Assembly: GCA_049472315.1 (NCBI GenBank)
Contig: JBLIRN010000008.1
Coordinates: forward strand, 1-47,388
Origin: a bacterium
Lineage (GTDB): Bacteria; SZUA-182; DTGQ01; JAFGSM01
Reading direction: 5' to 3'
Length of the DNA: 47,388 nt
Shown one piece after another: positions 38,134 to 47,388 of the stretch (the stretch's first letter is position 1; the number at the start of each line of letters is the position of its first letter). The notes under the pieces are model-generated. The model made no database searches and was not told the origin of the DNA. It was given only the letters and a program-made list of their open reading frames with translations. Position numbers and translations under genes: made by a program.

Positions 38134-39183
38134 TCATGAAAGGGTTATCCTCTCCCCCTGTTCCGTTACCTCACCGATCACCGCACACCAGGTCTCACCC
38201 CTCTCGGACATCCGTGCACACAGGGGTTCAGCCATTTCAGGGGCGACGCATGCCAATAATCCGCCTGATGTCTGAGGATCATAGAGGAGATCGACCGCTG
38301 CATCGGGGACTCGAGACGCCTTCTCGACATGTGATTGATAGAACCTGCGATTCGCGTATGCCCCGGCAGGAAGGAAACCCATGCGGCAATAATTCTCAGC
38401 CCCCTTGATCACGGGGATACGATCCACGAACAGCTTTACGCAAACCTTGCTGAAGCGGCAGATATTATAGAGATGGCCGATAAGTCCGAATCCCGTTATA
38501 TCGGTGCAGGCATGTATGCCTCCTATTTCAGCCAGTACCTCGGCTGGGATCCGGTTCAGGCGGGCCATTACCCTGACCGCCTCGCTGATCTCTCCCTCGG
38601 AGGCCATATCGGCCTTGATGGCGGTATTGAGCACACCCAATCCCAGAGGTTTGGTGAGAATCACCCTATCCCCGGCGCGTGCACCGGCGTTGGTCCAGAC
38701 CCGGTCCGGACGCACGATGCCCGTGACTGAAAGGCCATATTTCAACTCCTGATCGTCAACCGAGTGCCCCCCTACCAGAACCGCTCCCGCCTCATGGATC
38801 TTTTCCAGACCCCCCTGTATCACCGTTGTTAAAACGGATAATTCCAGGCTGTTGACAGGAAATCCGATGAGATTCATGGCAGTCAGGGGTGTCCCTCCCA
38901 TGGCATAGATGTCGCTCAAGGAATTCGCTGCCGCTATCTGTCCAAAATGGCAGGGATCATCCACCATAGGGGTGAAGAAATCCACGGTCTGCACAAGGGC
39001 AATCTCATCGCTTAACTTATACACCCCTGCGTCCTCCGAGGTTTCAATGCCGCAGAGAATACGCGGGTCCCTTGTTAATGAGAGACCGCACAATGCCTGA
39101 TCCAGGTCCCCCGGACCAAGTTTCGCCGCTCACCCTGAAAACCGGCTGAAACTTGTCAGCCGTGCGGCCTTCTTCGCTTCCAT
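38134..39183 (-). CDS. selD: Selenophosphate synthetase SelD, selenocysteine-containing (349 aa)
   Basis: AGGAGG RBS then MEAKKAARLTSFSRFSG-U(TGA 39130-39132)-AAKLGPGDL, in frame with EDAGV, QTVDFFTP, ANSLSDIYAMGG, GGHS, TDITGFGL, DPQTSGGLL. Confidence 0.95.
39096..39120 (-). promoter_or_regulatory. Bacterial SECIS element of selD
   Basis: Minus-strand hairpin UUGGUCCGGG-GGA-CCUGGAUCAG; G-containing loop about 20 nt 3' of the UGA. Confidence 0.8.
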
Positions 39184-39289
39184 CCATCGACCTCCTTGCT
39201 CAATGCCTTAATTGTGACAAGGTATTCGTGTTCGATACGGGACATGTTCCATGCCGGCATAACCAGGATGTAAACGTGCATAGGAATAA

Positions 39290-40234
39290 TCAGAAGGATT
39301 TTGGGTACAATGTGCCCAGATAGTCCTTGAGCCCCTCGCCAGGACCGGTTCGGGCATGCCACCAGTTTGCCCCCGCGAAGGTTGCCCCTTCAAACTCCGT
39401 GATCTCGGAAAGATCGGTCCCCGTAAGGATGGCGTAGTCGAAACATGCCCCGCCAATCCTGCTCTTTCTCAAATTTGCGGACATGAGATTTGCATCACGA
39501 AAACTGACCCCACTCAGGTCCGCCTCACAAAAATTTACCCCGATCAGGCTTGCCGCACTAAAATCCCGATGTGACAAATCCCTGCCCTGCAAGTCAACAT
39601 GATCCAGGTTCATTCCACACAGATCGATTTTCGTCATTCCAAGGCTCGTGGGGTCGACCTGGGTGAGCGTCGCACCGGACAGATCCACCCCTTCAATAGT
39701 CGCCTGCCCCAGATTGACCCTTTCGAGACCCGCCCCATGAAAATTGCCCCCCATTATCTTGGCGGCAGCGAAATTGACATCGGCAAGGGTCGCCTCACCG
39801 AAATTGCACCCTATAAGCGTGGCACCTGCCAAATTCACATTGCGAAGCTGGGCACCCTGCAGATCGGTATTTATCAATTTCGCCCCTACCAGCTTTGATC
39901 CACTAAGGTTGACCCCGGTCAATTGGGTGCCCTCCAAATGAGTATGTGAAAGATCGATTCCATAGAGAAAGGCAAAGGGGAATCTGGCTCCGGTCAGATC
40001 AGCCCCTTCAAGACACGCGCGTTCCAGATTGATCCTCTGGCCCCAGCAATCCCTGAGATTCGCATTCCTGGCGGATGCTTCACGGGCATACACATTCTCC
40101 AGATTTGCCCATCTGAGGTCAGCACGATCGAGGTTCGCCCTTTCGAGATTTGCCTGATAGAAATTTGCCCCCATAAGATTTGCGCCCGCAAGATACCTCC
40201 CCTGCCAAAAAACACCCGCAAGTTGCTCTGCCAT
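39290..40234 (-). CDS. Pentapeptide repeat protein
   Basis: Continuous A(N/D)LxG repeats (ANLMG ANFYQ ANLER ANLDR ADLRW...). Confidence 0.92.
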   Translation of the reverse strand: MAEQLAGVFWQGRYLAGANLMGANFYQANLERANLDRADLRWANLENVYAREASARNANLRDCWGQRINLERACLEGADLTGARFPFAFLYGIDLSHTHLEGTQLTGVNLSGSKLVGAKLINTDLQGAQLRNVNLAGATLIGCNFGEATLADVNFAAAKIMGGNFHGAGLERVNLGQATIEGVDLSGATLTQVDPTSLGMTKIDLCGMNLDHVDLQGRDLSHRDFSAASLIGVNFCEADLSGVSFRDANLMSANLRKSRIGGACFDYAILTGTDLSEITEFEGATFAGANWWHARTGPGEGLKDYLGTLYPKSF

Positions 40235-40319
40235 TTGTTACCATCTCCATGTCGAACCGGATTTGTTCATGTATCATACCGCCAAAGGGGTGAGCCATAT
40301 CGTTCAATGTGCCTTTGTA

Positions 40320-40793
40320 TCAAGAGGTATAAGGGTAATCCGTCATATCCTCCAAATCAGGAAGACTCACCAGATCAAATTCGATATCCACTTCCTTCGA
40401 CCAGACCTTAACCCTCTTGAGTATCTCCTTGTTCTTAAAATCGAGCCAATCCCGGTAATACTCCGGATACACCCGGAGGATATCGACGAACCTTTTCAAG
40501 GCACCACGCCCCAGAAGGGTCTTTTCCAGCTTGTCACACAGATCCTCGTTATCCTGTATATTGGTGATGTACTTCCTCCGAATCCTCACCCCTTCCTGTT
40601 CCGGAAGCCGGGGAATACGAACAAAATGGGGGTCGGAAAAATAGTCGATCCCGAGAAGTGTCTCATCAGCACAAAAATCCTCACCCACCTTGACAACCTC
40701 ACCGGATGTCTTGTTCAAAAAGTAGTTTATGCTGGGATTGCTCGACTCAAATGCCTCAATGATATCCGGACGTTCAACCTTTATGCGCCCCAT
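40320..40793 (-). CDS. UPF0158 family protein
   Basis: YFLNKTSGEV, FVRIP, GRGALKRFVDIL..YP...DWLDFK. Confidence 0.75.
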   Translation of the reverse strand: MGRIKVERPDIIEAFESSNPSINYFLNKTSGEVVKVGEDFCADETLLGIDYFSDPHFVRIPRLPEQEGVRIRRKYITNIQDNEDLCDKLEKTLLGRGALKRFVDILRVYPEYYRDWLDFKNKEILKRVKVWSKEVDIEFDLVSLPDLEDMTDYPYTS

Positions 40794-41139
40794 GCTATTC
40801 CTCATCATTGATGACTGCAATCATTAACCCTTCCGCACAGTTAGATCCTTTAGAATATAATCTTATTCTTTTTTTGTGCATTGTCAACAAAGAGACGATT
40901 AATACACAAAATACATTTTGAGCGAGATTTATGAAAAATATGTAATATTTTTTTAAATTATGCTTTTTTTTGCATAATTTTATTTTGAATTAATAATCAA
41001 ATAGTTATTAGCGAAAAAACGTCTCTGCTTCTCAACGACTCGTTGTCGCTCACGATTCATCGAGAGGCAGACCATACCAGGTACAAAAAAATATCAACGA
41101 TTACAACATATTATATAATCTTCTGCGGCAGCATAAGCA

Positions 41140-41155
41140 TGGCACATATTTTGCT
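41140..41155 (+). promoter_or_regulatory. sigma54 -24/-12 promoter
   Basis: TGGCAC-ATATT-TTGCT, perfect consensus; palindrome CAACGA-C-TCGTTG at 41033-41045 and IHF consensus AATCAAATAGTTA at 40995-41007 upstream. Confidence 0.82.
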
Positions 41156-41343
41156 TTTAATATGCGTGAATTATGATCATCAAAAATAGGGTTTTGTTTA
41201 ACACTTACAGAAAGGTGGGAACAGCATAAGGGCATAAACGAGAATACCGTGCTCCTTTTCGAGTCTGCGTTGGTTGAGTAGAGCGGATTTTGCGTGAGGG
41301 TACACAGACACTACCAAAAAAACTCGTGAAAGGAGAGCTTCTT

Positions 41344-42435
41344 ATGCTAATGAAAAGGTCTTATATCCCTCTTGGTTTTATCCTCTTGGTGATAACGCTC
41401 TTCTCCTTTTCCATATGTTTCGCCCAATATACAGCCTATAATACTTCGAGCAGCGTATATCCCTATTATCAGAGCAATATATATCCATACTATCAAAACT
41501 CATCATATTGGCCCGTCTCTTCAGGAGATCCGATAAGCCTGTATAATCAGTTGGGGTATAACACAGTGGCGGGAGGATACCTTTCCTCCATTCTAAATTC
41601 CTATGGAACCAGTTCCTTATACCCCTATTCCGGCTTTAGTACGGGTTCACTGTTGTATCCATATAATCAGCTGGGATATCTCTCCAATTCCCTGATATTC
41701 AACCCATATGGAATACAGTTGAACCCATATTATACCGGGGGCAATGCCGGCACCACTACAAGCACCGGTGGAAGCTCAACTGCTGCAACCAACTATACCG
41801 CCCAGGCAAGCACGTTTTATCCCGGATTGTATTCCGGACTCACTACGGCTCTTCAATACAATCCGTATGCGGTCTCCGGATATTCGTTATCAACCCCCTA
41901 TGTGAATCCCTTTAGCAGTTATCTGCCAAATCAGAGCTACTATCAAAATCCATATGCATCGTATCCGTATAACTATGGGACCGCGCAATACGCATCCAAT
42001 TACTATCCATATGGATATCAGGTCAATCCTTATACCCAGCCGCTTCCTTATTATCAAACTCAAGGTGGTAGCACGTCGAGTCAAAGCACCCTCCAAAACG
42101 TCTACGGGACCTGGGTGGGAACATGGTATACAACCCTGAGCAGCGGAACGGTAAACAATGGTAACGCAGCGCTATCATTGATCCAAAACAGCGCAGAGCT
42201 CAATGGAAACATATCCATGACCCAAAACGGCGTTCAAAAAATAAGCGCGAACATAGGCGGCACAATTACCGGAACAAGCCTGAACCTGACCGGATCGCTG
42301 CAAAATGGGACCGATATTTACACGCTGACGATCACCGGAACGGTCTCGGGTAACAATCTCAGCGGAAATTACAGTATAGCAACAAATAGCGGGGCCATAA
42401 TCGAATCAGGCACCTACAACCTGACCCGAATGTAA
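41344..42435 (+). CDS. Secreted Tyr/Ser/Asn/Gly-rich low-complexity protein with C-terminal beta-barrel-like domain
   Basis: AGGAG RBS; signal peptide CFA|QY; about 240 aa of YPY/NPY-rich sequence; C-terminal NVYGTWVGTW...LIQNSAELNG...SGNNLSGNY...SGTYNLTR. Confidence 0.8.
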   Translation: MLMKRSYIPLGFILLVITLFSFSICFAQYTAYNTSSSVYPYYQSNIYPYYQNSSYWPVSSGDPISLYNQLGYNTVAGGYLSSILNSYGTSSLYPYSGFSTGSLLYPYNQLGYLSNSLIFNPYGIQLNPYYTGGNAGTTTSTGGSSTAATNYTAQASTFYPGLYSGLTTALQYNPYAVSGYSLSTPYVNPFSSYLPNQSYYQNPYASYPYNYGTAQYASNYYPYGYQVNPYTQPLPYYQTQGGSTSSQSTLQNVYGTWVGTWYTTLSSGTVNNGNAALSLIQNSAELNGNISMTQNGVQKISANIGGTITGTSLNLTGSLQNGTDIYTLTITGTVSGNNLSGNYSIATNSGAIIESGTYNLTRM

Positions 42436-42454
42436 CACCTCCTCGACAATAACG

Positions 42455-42488
42455 GGGCCCGATGATCTGCTATATCATCGGGCCCTTC
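42455..42488 (+). terminator. Terminator-like hairpin
   Basis: GGGCCCGATGAT-ctgctat-ATCATCGGGCCC, 12-bp perfect stem, short T tail. Confidence 0.65.
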
Positions 42489-42733
42489 AACACTCACCCG
42501 GCATTCATCCATGATACCCGACAGGTGGCTTCGATACCCTCCACTCCCGCATGCACAGAAGACCTTTATCCGATCAACGATGTCCAGCGGTGTTCCCGGC
42601 AGTATAGGCGTAAGGGGATAGGCAGGCCCTCGAATCCACTCCCTCTCGATCGTTTGTAAAGGGACGCCCGGGCAGCCGATGTCGATGGAATACTCCGACG
42701 AGGGCATATATTTTATGAGGATGGGGAGAAAAA

Positions 42734-45463
42734 TTATGGATTTTTGATGCCAACGATATGCTGCCTGAGCCACTTGACCACCTCCACGATGAAAAGAATC
42801 GTGCTGCTTGTGGCTATGGCCAGGAGCCAATCATTCGATCCGAGCGGATGGGTATGGAATACCCTATTGAGCAGGGGCAGATGAATGGCCGCGATACTCA
42901 AGGCAACGGATACGGATATTGCGGCAACGAGCCAGGGATTTTTCCATGGCGGCCTCCTGGCCATGGAGTATCTGTGGGAGCGGCAGTTTAAGGCATTGAA
43001 CATCTCCAGCAGGATCATGCACAGAAAGACCATTGTCTGTGCCTTTATCAATACGGACACACGCAGATAGGCATAAAAGATTCCCAGCAGTACCAGAAAT
43101 ATGTGAACTGATATGATTCCAATCAATCCCACAAGCCATGGGGTAAATACGGAGGAATCCTTTCCCCTGGGCGGAATGAGCATCAGATCGGGATCCGGGG
43201 GATCGATTCCCAAGGCCAGGGCCGGAAGGCCATCCGTAGTGAGATTGACCCAAAGTATCTGGAGGGCGATCAAGGGTATAGGGAGGCCAAAAAAGAAGGC
43301 CCCGGTAAGGATGAGGATCTCGCCTATATTGCAGGAAAGGAGAAAGACAAGATACTTCTTGATATTCTCGAAGGCCGCCCTGCCCTCTCGCACGGCGCTG
43401 ACTATCGTCGAAAAGTTGTCGTCCGCAAGGACCATGTCGGATGCCTCGCGGCTTACATCGGTTCCCTTTATGCCCATGGCAACACCGATATCCGCCCTTT
43501 TGAGTGCCGGGGCATCATTGACCCCGTCGCCGGTCATTGCCACCACATCACCGTTCCTCTGATAGGCCTCAACGATCCTGAGTTTGTGCTCGGGCGATAC
43601 CCGTGCGAAAACCTTCACCTCACCGATGATGCCGTCGATGTCCTGATCCGACATTCCTTGCAGGTCCTCGCCCTCCATGACCGCGTTCGGGTGATCCTTC
43701 ATGTCTTGAGCAGGGTCAAGAATGCCGACGGCCATGGCAATGGCCTGTGCTGTGGTCCTGTGATCGCCGGTAACCATAACCGGCCTGATCCCTGCGGAAC
43801 GACATTCCTGAACGGAGGAGCGGACCTCATCCCGCGGTGGATCGATCATTCCAACCAATCCGCAGAAAACGAGAGAGTGTTCAATCTCGCTTCCCTCCCC
43901 TGCACCGTCGCCCTCCGGCAGTTCCCTCCACGCCAGTGCAAGTACCCTGAGGGCATTGCGTGCCATTTCCTCGTTTTCCTCCAGTATCCGTTGCCGTTCC
44001 GTATCATGTAACTCGACGACCTCATCCCCTTGTTGCATATGGGAACAATGGTGAAGGACGATTTCAGGTGCGCCCTTTGTGGCCACCAGCCGCATCCCGT
44101 TTCCCTGATCATGAATCGTGGACATCATCTTTCGCCGTTCCTCAAAGGGAATCTCTCCCACCCGGGGTCTCCTATTCCTCAATGCATCGAAATCGAGCCC
44201 CCCTTTGACGCCGGCGACAATCAGTGCACCTTCGGTCGGATCGCCGAGAACGATCCAGTTCTCCTCCCGTTTCTGGACCTGGGCGTCGTTGCACAGGGCC
44301 CCCACCTCGAGGAGGGTCATTACCACAGGATGATCATCCACCCTGATCATCCGGTCATCCTTCATGAGCATGCCTTCGGGCTGATACCCGACCCCGGTGA
44401 CCCGGAAATGCTCCCCGTACGTCCACATCTCCTGAACGGTCATCTCATTCTTGGTCAAGGTTCCCGTCTTATCCGAACAGATAACCGTCGTACATCCCAG
44501 CGTCTCTACCGCGGCCAGCTTTTTTACGATCGCATTCTGTTTGGCCATCTTCTGGACCCCAATGGCCAGGGCGCTGGTCACCACCGCCGGCAAGGCCTCA
44601 GGTACCGCTGCCACGGCAAGGCTCACCCCCCACACGAACATTTCAAAGAGACTATGGCCCCTCACAACCCCCAGGAACGAGGCAAGCGCGCATACGCCGA
44701 TACAGATGATCCCGAGCCACTTCCCGATTATCCCCATCTGCCTTTCCAGGGGGGTCCTTTCGGAGGTAACCTGCTGGAGCAGGCCGGCGATCTTCCCAAA
44801 CTCGGTCCTCATCCCTGTTTCGGTCACCACCCCTTTTCCCCTCCCCCGGTTGATGATGGTGGATGCAAAGACCATATTGGATCGGTCTCCCAATGGGATC
44901 TCTCCTTCGGGGAGGGGATCGGCATCCTTCGAAACCGGGGTTGACTCACCGGTGAGAATCGATTCATCCAATGAAAGATTATATGCCTCTATTATTCTGG
45001 CATCTGCAGGAACAAGATCCCCTGTCTGAAGGGTGATCATATCTCCGGGCACGAGATCTTCGGATGGAATCACGCATTCTTCTCCATCCCTGATAACCCG
45101 GGCCGTGGGAGAGGCCATCCTCTTCAGGGCCTCGACCGCCCTTTCCGATCGATACTCCTGAAAGAATCCCAGGAATGCACAAAGGATAACGATCACCAGG
45201 ATGACCATGCCATCAAGCGTCTCACCGATCAGCAACGAAACGACGGTTGCCGCCAGGAGGATAATGATGAGAAAGTCCTTGAATTGTCCAAGAAAAATGA
45301 GAAGGGGATTTATGGTGCGAGGCTGGTGAATCCGATTGGGCCCATAGAGGGATCGGCGCCGGGCAACCTCCTCCTTATCCAGACCCCTCGGATTCGATTT
45401 GAGAACGGCAAGGGATTCACTGGCGTCAAGATGATGCCAGTTATGTGTCAAACCAGCCGGCAT
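42734..45463 (-). CDS. P-type ATPase, type IIA (Ca2+-transporting, PacL/YloB-like)
   Basis: TGES, VAAVPEALP, DKTGTLT, KGAPE, TGDH, TGDGVNDAPALK, QILWVNLTTDGLPALALG. Confidence 0.95.
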   Translation of the reverse strand: MPAGLTHNWHHLDASESLAVLKSNPRGLDKEEVARRRSLYGPNRIHQPRTINPLLIFLGQFKDFLIIILLAATVVSLLIGETLDGMVILVIVILCAFLGFFQEYRSERAVEALKRMASPTARVIRDGEECVIPSEDLVPGDMITLQTGDLVPADARIIEAYNLSLDESILTGESTPVSKDADPLPEGEIPLGDRSNMVFASTIINRGRGKGVVTETGMRTEFGKIAGLLQQVTSERTPLERQMGIIGKWLGIICIGVCALASFLGVVRGHSLFEMFVWGVSLAVAAVPEALPAVVTSALAIGVQKMAKQNAIVKKLAAVETLGCTTVICSDKTGTLTKNEMTVQEMWTYGEHFRVTGVGYQPEGMLMKDDRMIRVDDHPVVMTLLEVGALCNDAQVQKREENWIVLGDPTEGALIVAGVKGGLDFDALRNRRPRVGEIPFEERRKMMSTIHDQGNGMRLVATKGAPEIVLHHCSHMQQGDEVVELHDTERQRILEENEEMARNALRVLALAWRELPEGDGAGEGSEIEHSLVFCGLVGMIDPPRDEVRSSVQECRSAGIRPVMVTGDHRTTAQAIAMAVGILDPAQDMKDHPNAVMEGEDLQGMSDQDIDGIIGEVKVFARVSPEHKLRIVEAYQRNGDVVAMTGDGVNDAPALKRADIGVAMGIKGTDVSREASDMVLADDNFSTIVSAVREGRAAFENIKKYLVFLLSCNIGEILILTGAFFFGLPIPLIALQILWVNLTTDGLPALALGIDPPDPDLMLIPPRGKDSSVFTPWLVGLIGIISVHIFLVLLGIFYAYLRVSVLIKAQTMVFLCMILLEMFNALNCRSHRYSMARRPPWKNPWLVAAISVSVALSIAAIHLPLLNRVFHTHPLGSNDWLLAIATSSTILFIVEVVKWLRQHIVGIKNP

Positions 45464-45724
45464 GAGGCTCGTATACCAAGGATGGTGTTTACCATGTCGC
45501 TATGGGTGTTCGATCATGTATATGAAATCATTCAACTAATTATTTGTTCTTATAAACGTTCACCCCTCATTGTGATCGAAGGATCATGTGTTACGATGGA
45601 AAAGGGGATGTTTCATGGATACGATGAAACGGATCGACTATAGCCCATCTGTCAACACAATGCAAGGAGAAGGGTCGGACGAAAGGGGTGTATTTTTTGT
45701 TTCTTCTCGTGAATGGCGAGGTTT

Positions 45725-46441
45725 CTAACAGGGTTTATATCTATCGTCCGGCTTCCCCGGATTCCCCTGGTTACTTGCCTCTTCCAGGATGAATTCCGCA
45801 ATGAGTCGTCGATCCTGGGGATCGATGTTCGTAAACTGAACCGCAATCTTGTACGGCAGCTCTGGGTCGCGATTCTGGCTTATCCGCACGATTCGGGCAT
45901 GGGTAAATATCATATAGGTGGTAAAGGAGGGGATCTCGAATCCCAGCTCAAGGATGTCCCCTACACCCAGCCTCTCCCTGGTGAGAAATTCAAGCCCGCC
46001 GCAGGAAATATTTTCCCCCCTGCCGGTCCTGATGCGTTTGGAACGCGATTCGGAAACGGATTCAGGAGGGGCAATCCATTTATAATCAATGGGAAGGGTC
46101 CTGGAAAGGCGGATGTGTTTTCTCTTCTCAATATAGCAAATGGTGTCGAGACGATTGAGCGTCAACAGGTCGGATTGTTTTTGATAGGGGTAAAACGACG
46201 ACGCCGTTCCACAGAAATAGTATCGTCCGTCCTCCCAAAACACCTTTATGGTATCCGCGTCACCGAGCTTCTCTTCCAGAAAAGGGATATGAATCGAGAT
46301 CTGTTCATTGGTTACCTTGCGTATCTTTCCTTCTCCGAGCGGAATCATGCCATCCTGCCCCGGCATGGTCTTTCGCACGGACACACTCATTCCTACGCGA
46401 ATATCAAGACCTTCGGGTTTTATCTTTTGTTTGAAGACCAT
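45725..46441 (-). CDS. YcgR-like PilZ-domain c-di-GMP receptor
   Basis: RKHIR (RxxxR) and NISCGG (N/DxSxxG) motifs; IAVQFTNI...IAEFI; N-terminal YcgR-like domain. Confidence 0.85.
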   Translation of the reverse strand: MVFKQKIKPEGLDIRVGMSVSVRKTMPGQDGMIPLGEGKIRKVTNEQISIHIPFLEEKLGDADTIKVFWEDGRYYFCGTASSFYPYQKQSDLLTLNRLDTICYIEKRKHIRLSRTLPIDYKWIAPPESVSESRSKRIRTGRGENISCGGLEFLTRERLGVGDILELGFEIPSFTTYMIFTHARIVRISQNRDPELPYKIAVQFTNIDPQDRRLIAEFILEEASNQGNPGKPDDRYKPC

Positions 46442-46737
46442 CCGTCTCTACCCCACGCCATGCATCCCGCATTTCCTCACTCCCTGACCATACCTGTATA
46501 TCTATTCGGCTTTTTCAACAATTTTGTTCTTGGGGCAGAGCTGTCTCACCCGTGCGCACCTGCGCGGTGATTCATCATATGGAAGGCAAAAAACCTTGTG
46601 AATTGTGTTGATTTTGTGTATAGTATTTAATGAGGTTTTATGTAAATTCATAATCCGGATCCAGAAATAATATGTATACAGGTATCTGTACTACGAAAAA
46701 CTGTTCTTGCGTTCAATGATCCATTACGTCATAAATA

Positions 46738-46753
46738 AGGCATAGAGTTTGCA
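46738..46753 (+). promoter_or_regulatory. sigma54 -24/-12 promoter
   Basis: AGGCAT-AGAGT-TTGCA about 100 nt before the start. Confidence 0.68.
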
Positions 46754-46855
46754 AGGAAGAATAGCACATAGCGGCTGATGTATTTCATTTTTGCTGATAT
46801 GTTTAAAGGTGCAATGAAAGGTTAAACCAACAGGGTTCAGGAGGTGAATGGCAGT

Positions 46856-47377
46856 ATGAAACATTTTATCAGACTATTGGGAATATCGTGTGCAATTCTC
46901 TCGGTAATCATTTTTTCCTCGACGATCATCCATGCTCAGCTATACCCGAGCACATTCGGTACCACCTCGGTGAGTAATTACGGGATCACGTCACCATTGG
47001 ATGTATTTTCCTGGTCATACGGGGCAACATCCCCAATCGGCTACGGTGCATATCCGTTCTACTCGGGTATTTCACCCTTGTTATCACCGTACCTTGGCAA
47101 TACCTTCGGCGGGGGTATCCCCTCACTCGGAGGATTTTCACCTTTCTGGGGTGCTGGGATCGGATCCGGATACCTCGATCTTATGAAGACAATACAATAT
47201 TATCAGTATCTCATGTACGCATACAATTTTTACCTTGTCGCCCGGTCCACGCCGATGTTCTATATGAATGATCTTGTTGCGGATTACATCGGGAGTTCCC
47301 TCTATTCCTACATAAACAATCCCGGGCTGTCTCAGCAGCAGGCAATTTTAGGATTTATTCAACAGTATCTTTTATGA
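46856..47377 (+). CDS. Secreted Tyr/Gly/Ser/Pro-rich low-complexity protein with helical C-terminus
   Basis: AGGAGGTG RBS; signal peptide IHA|QL; YGATSPIGYGAYPFYSG...; C-terminal YLDLMKTIQYYQYLMYAY...FIQQYLL. Confidence 0.75.
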   Translation: MKHFIRLLGISCAILSVIIFSSTIIHAQLYPSTFGTTSVSNYGITSPLDVFSWSYGATSPIGYGAYPFYSGISPLLSPYLGNTFGGGIPSLGGFSPFWGAGIGSGYLDLMKTIQYYQYLMYAYNFYLVARSTPMFYMNDLVADYIGSSLYSYINNPGLSQQQAILGFIQQYLL

Positions 47378-47388
47378 TTTGATGTTTT

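Noticed and set aside
38134..39093. selD as a truncated pseudogene
   Set aside because: The TGA lies at the Sec position, followed by a SECIS, with an intact upstream start and RBS.
39290..40234. Qnr quinolone-resistance gene
   Set aside because: Generic pentapeptide repeats only, with no Qnr-specific features or mobile context.
41186..41251. Short 9-11 nt matches to element A (ATAGGGTTTTG, AGGGCATAAAC, AATACCGTG) as a third copy
   Set aside because: Not collinear and the diagnostic stems are absent; probably chance.

Overview
Bacterial chromosomal window from a diderm, probably anaerobic organism of delta-proteobacteria-like gene style; the taxon cannot be fixed from sequence alone. Housekeeping content: tandem MTA/SAH-deaminase paralogues, a divergent EF-G2, yebC-ruvCAB, a near-complete type II secretion operon (gspE-F-G-H-I-J-K-L-M-C-D), fdhE, AmmeMemoRadiSam radical SAM, two DUF507 genes, a TPR protein, a PP-loop thiouridylase-like gene, a selenocysteine-containing selD (UGA plus SECIS, missed by the ORF track), a pentapeptide-repeat protein, UPF0158, a Ca2+-type P-ATPase and a PilZ protein. 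The most unusual part is 22.0-30.6 kb, beside the T2SS. It holds three secreted cohesin-like proteins (one ending in GGGGGGCFI) and a dockerin-bearing alpha/alpha-barrel protein, with no carbohydrate-active enzymes. Two long intergenic regions in this cluster contain collinear copies of an unrecognised structured element whose stems show compensatory changes. Secreted Tyr/Phe/Pro/Ser/Gly-rich low-complexity proteins are scattered across the window, each preceded by a sigma54 -24/-12 promoter. Together these suggest a sigma54-controlled, T2SS-exported surface or matrix system. Domain calls are by eye from motifs; no searches were run.
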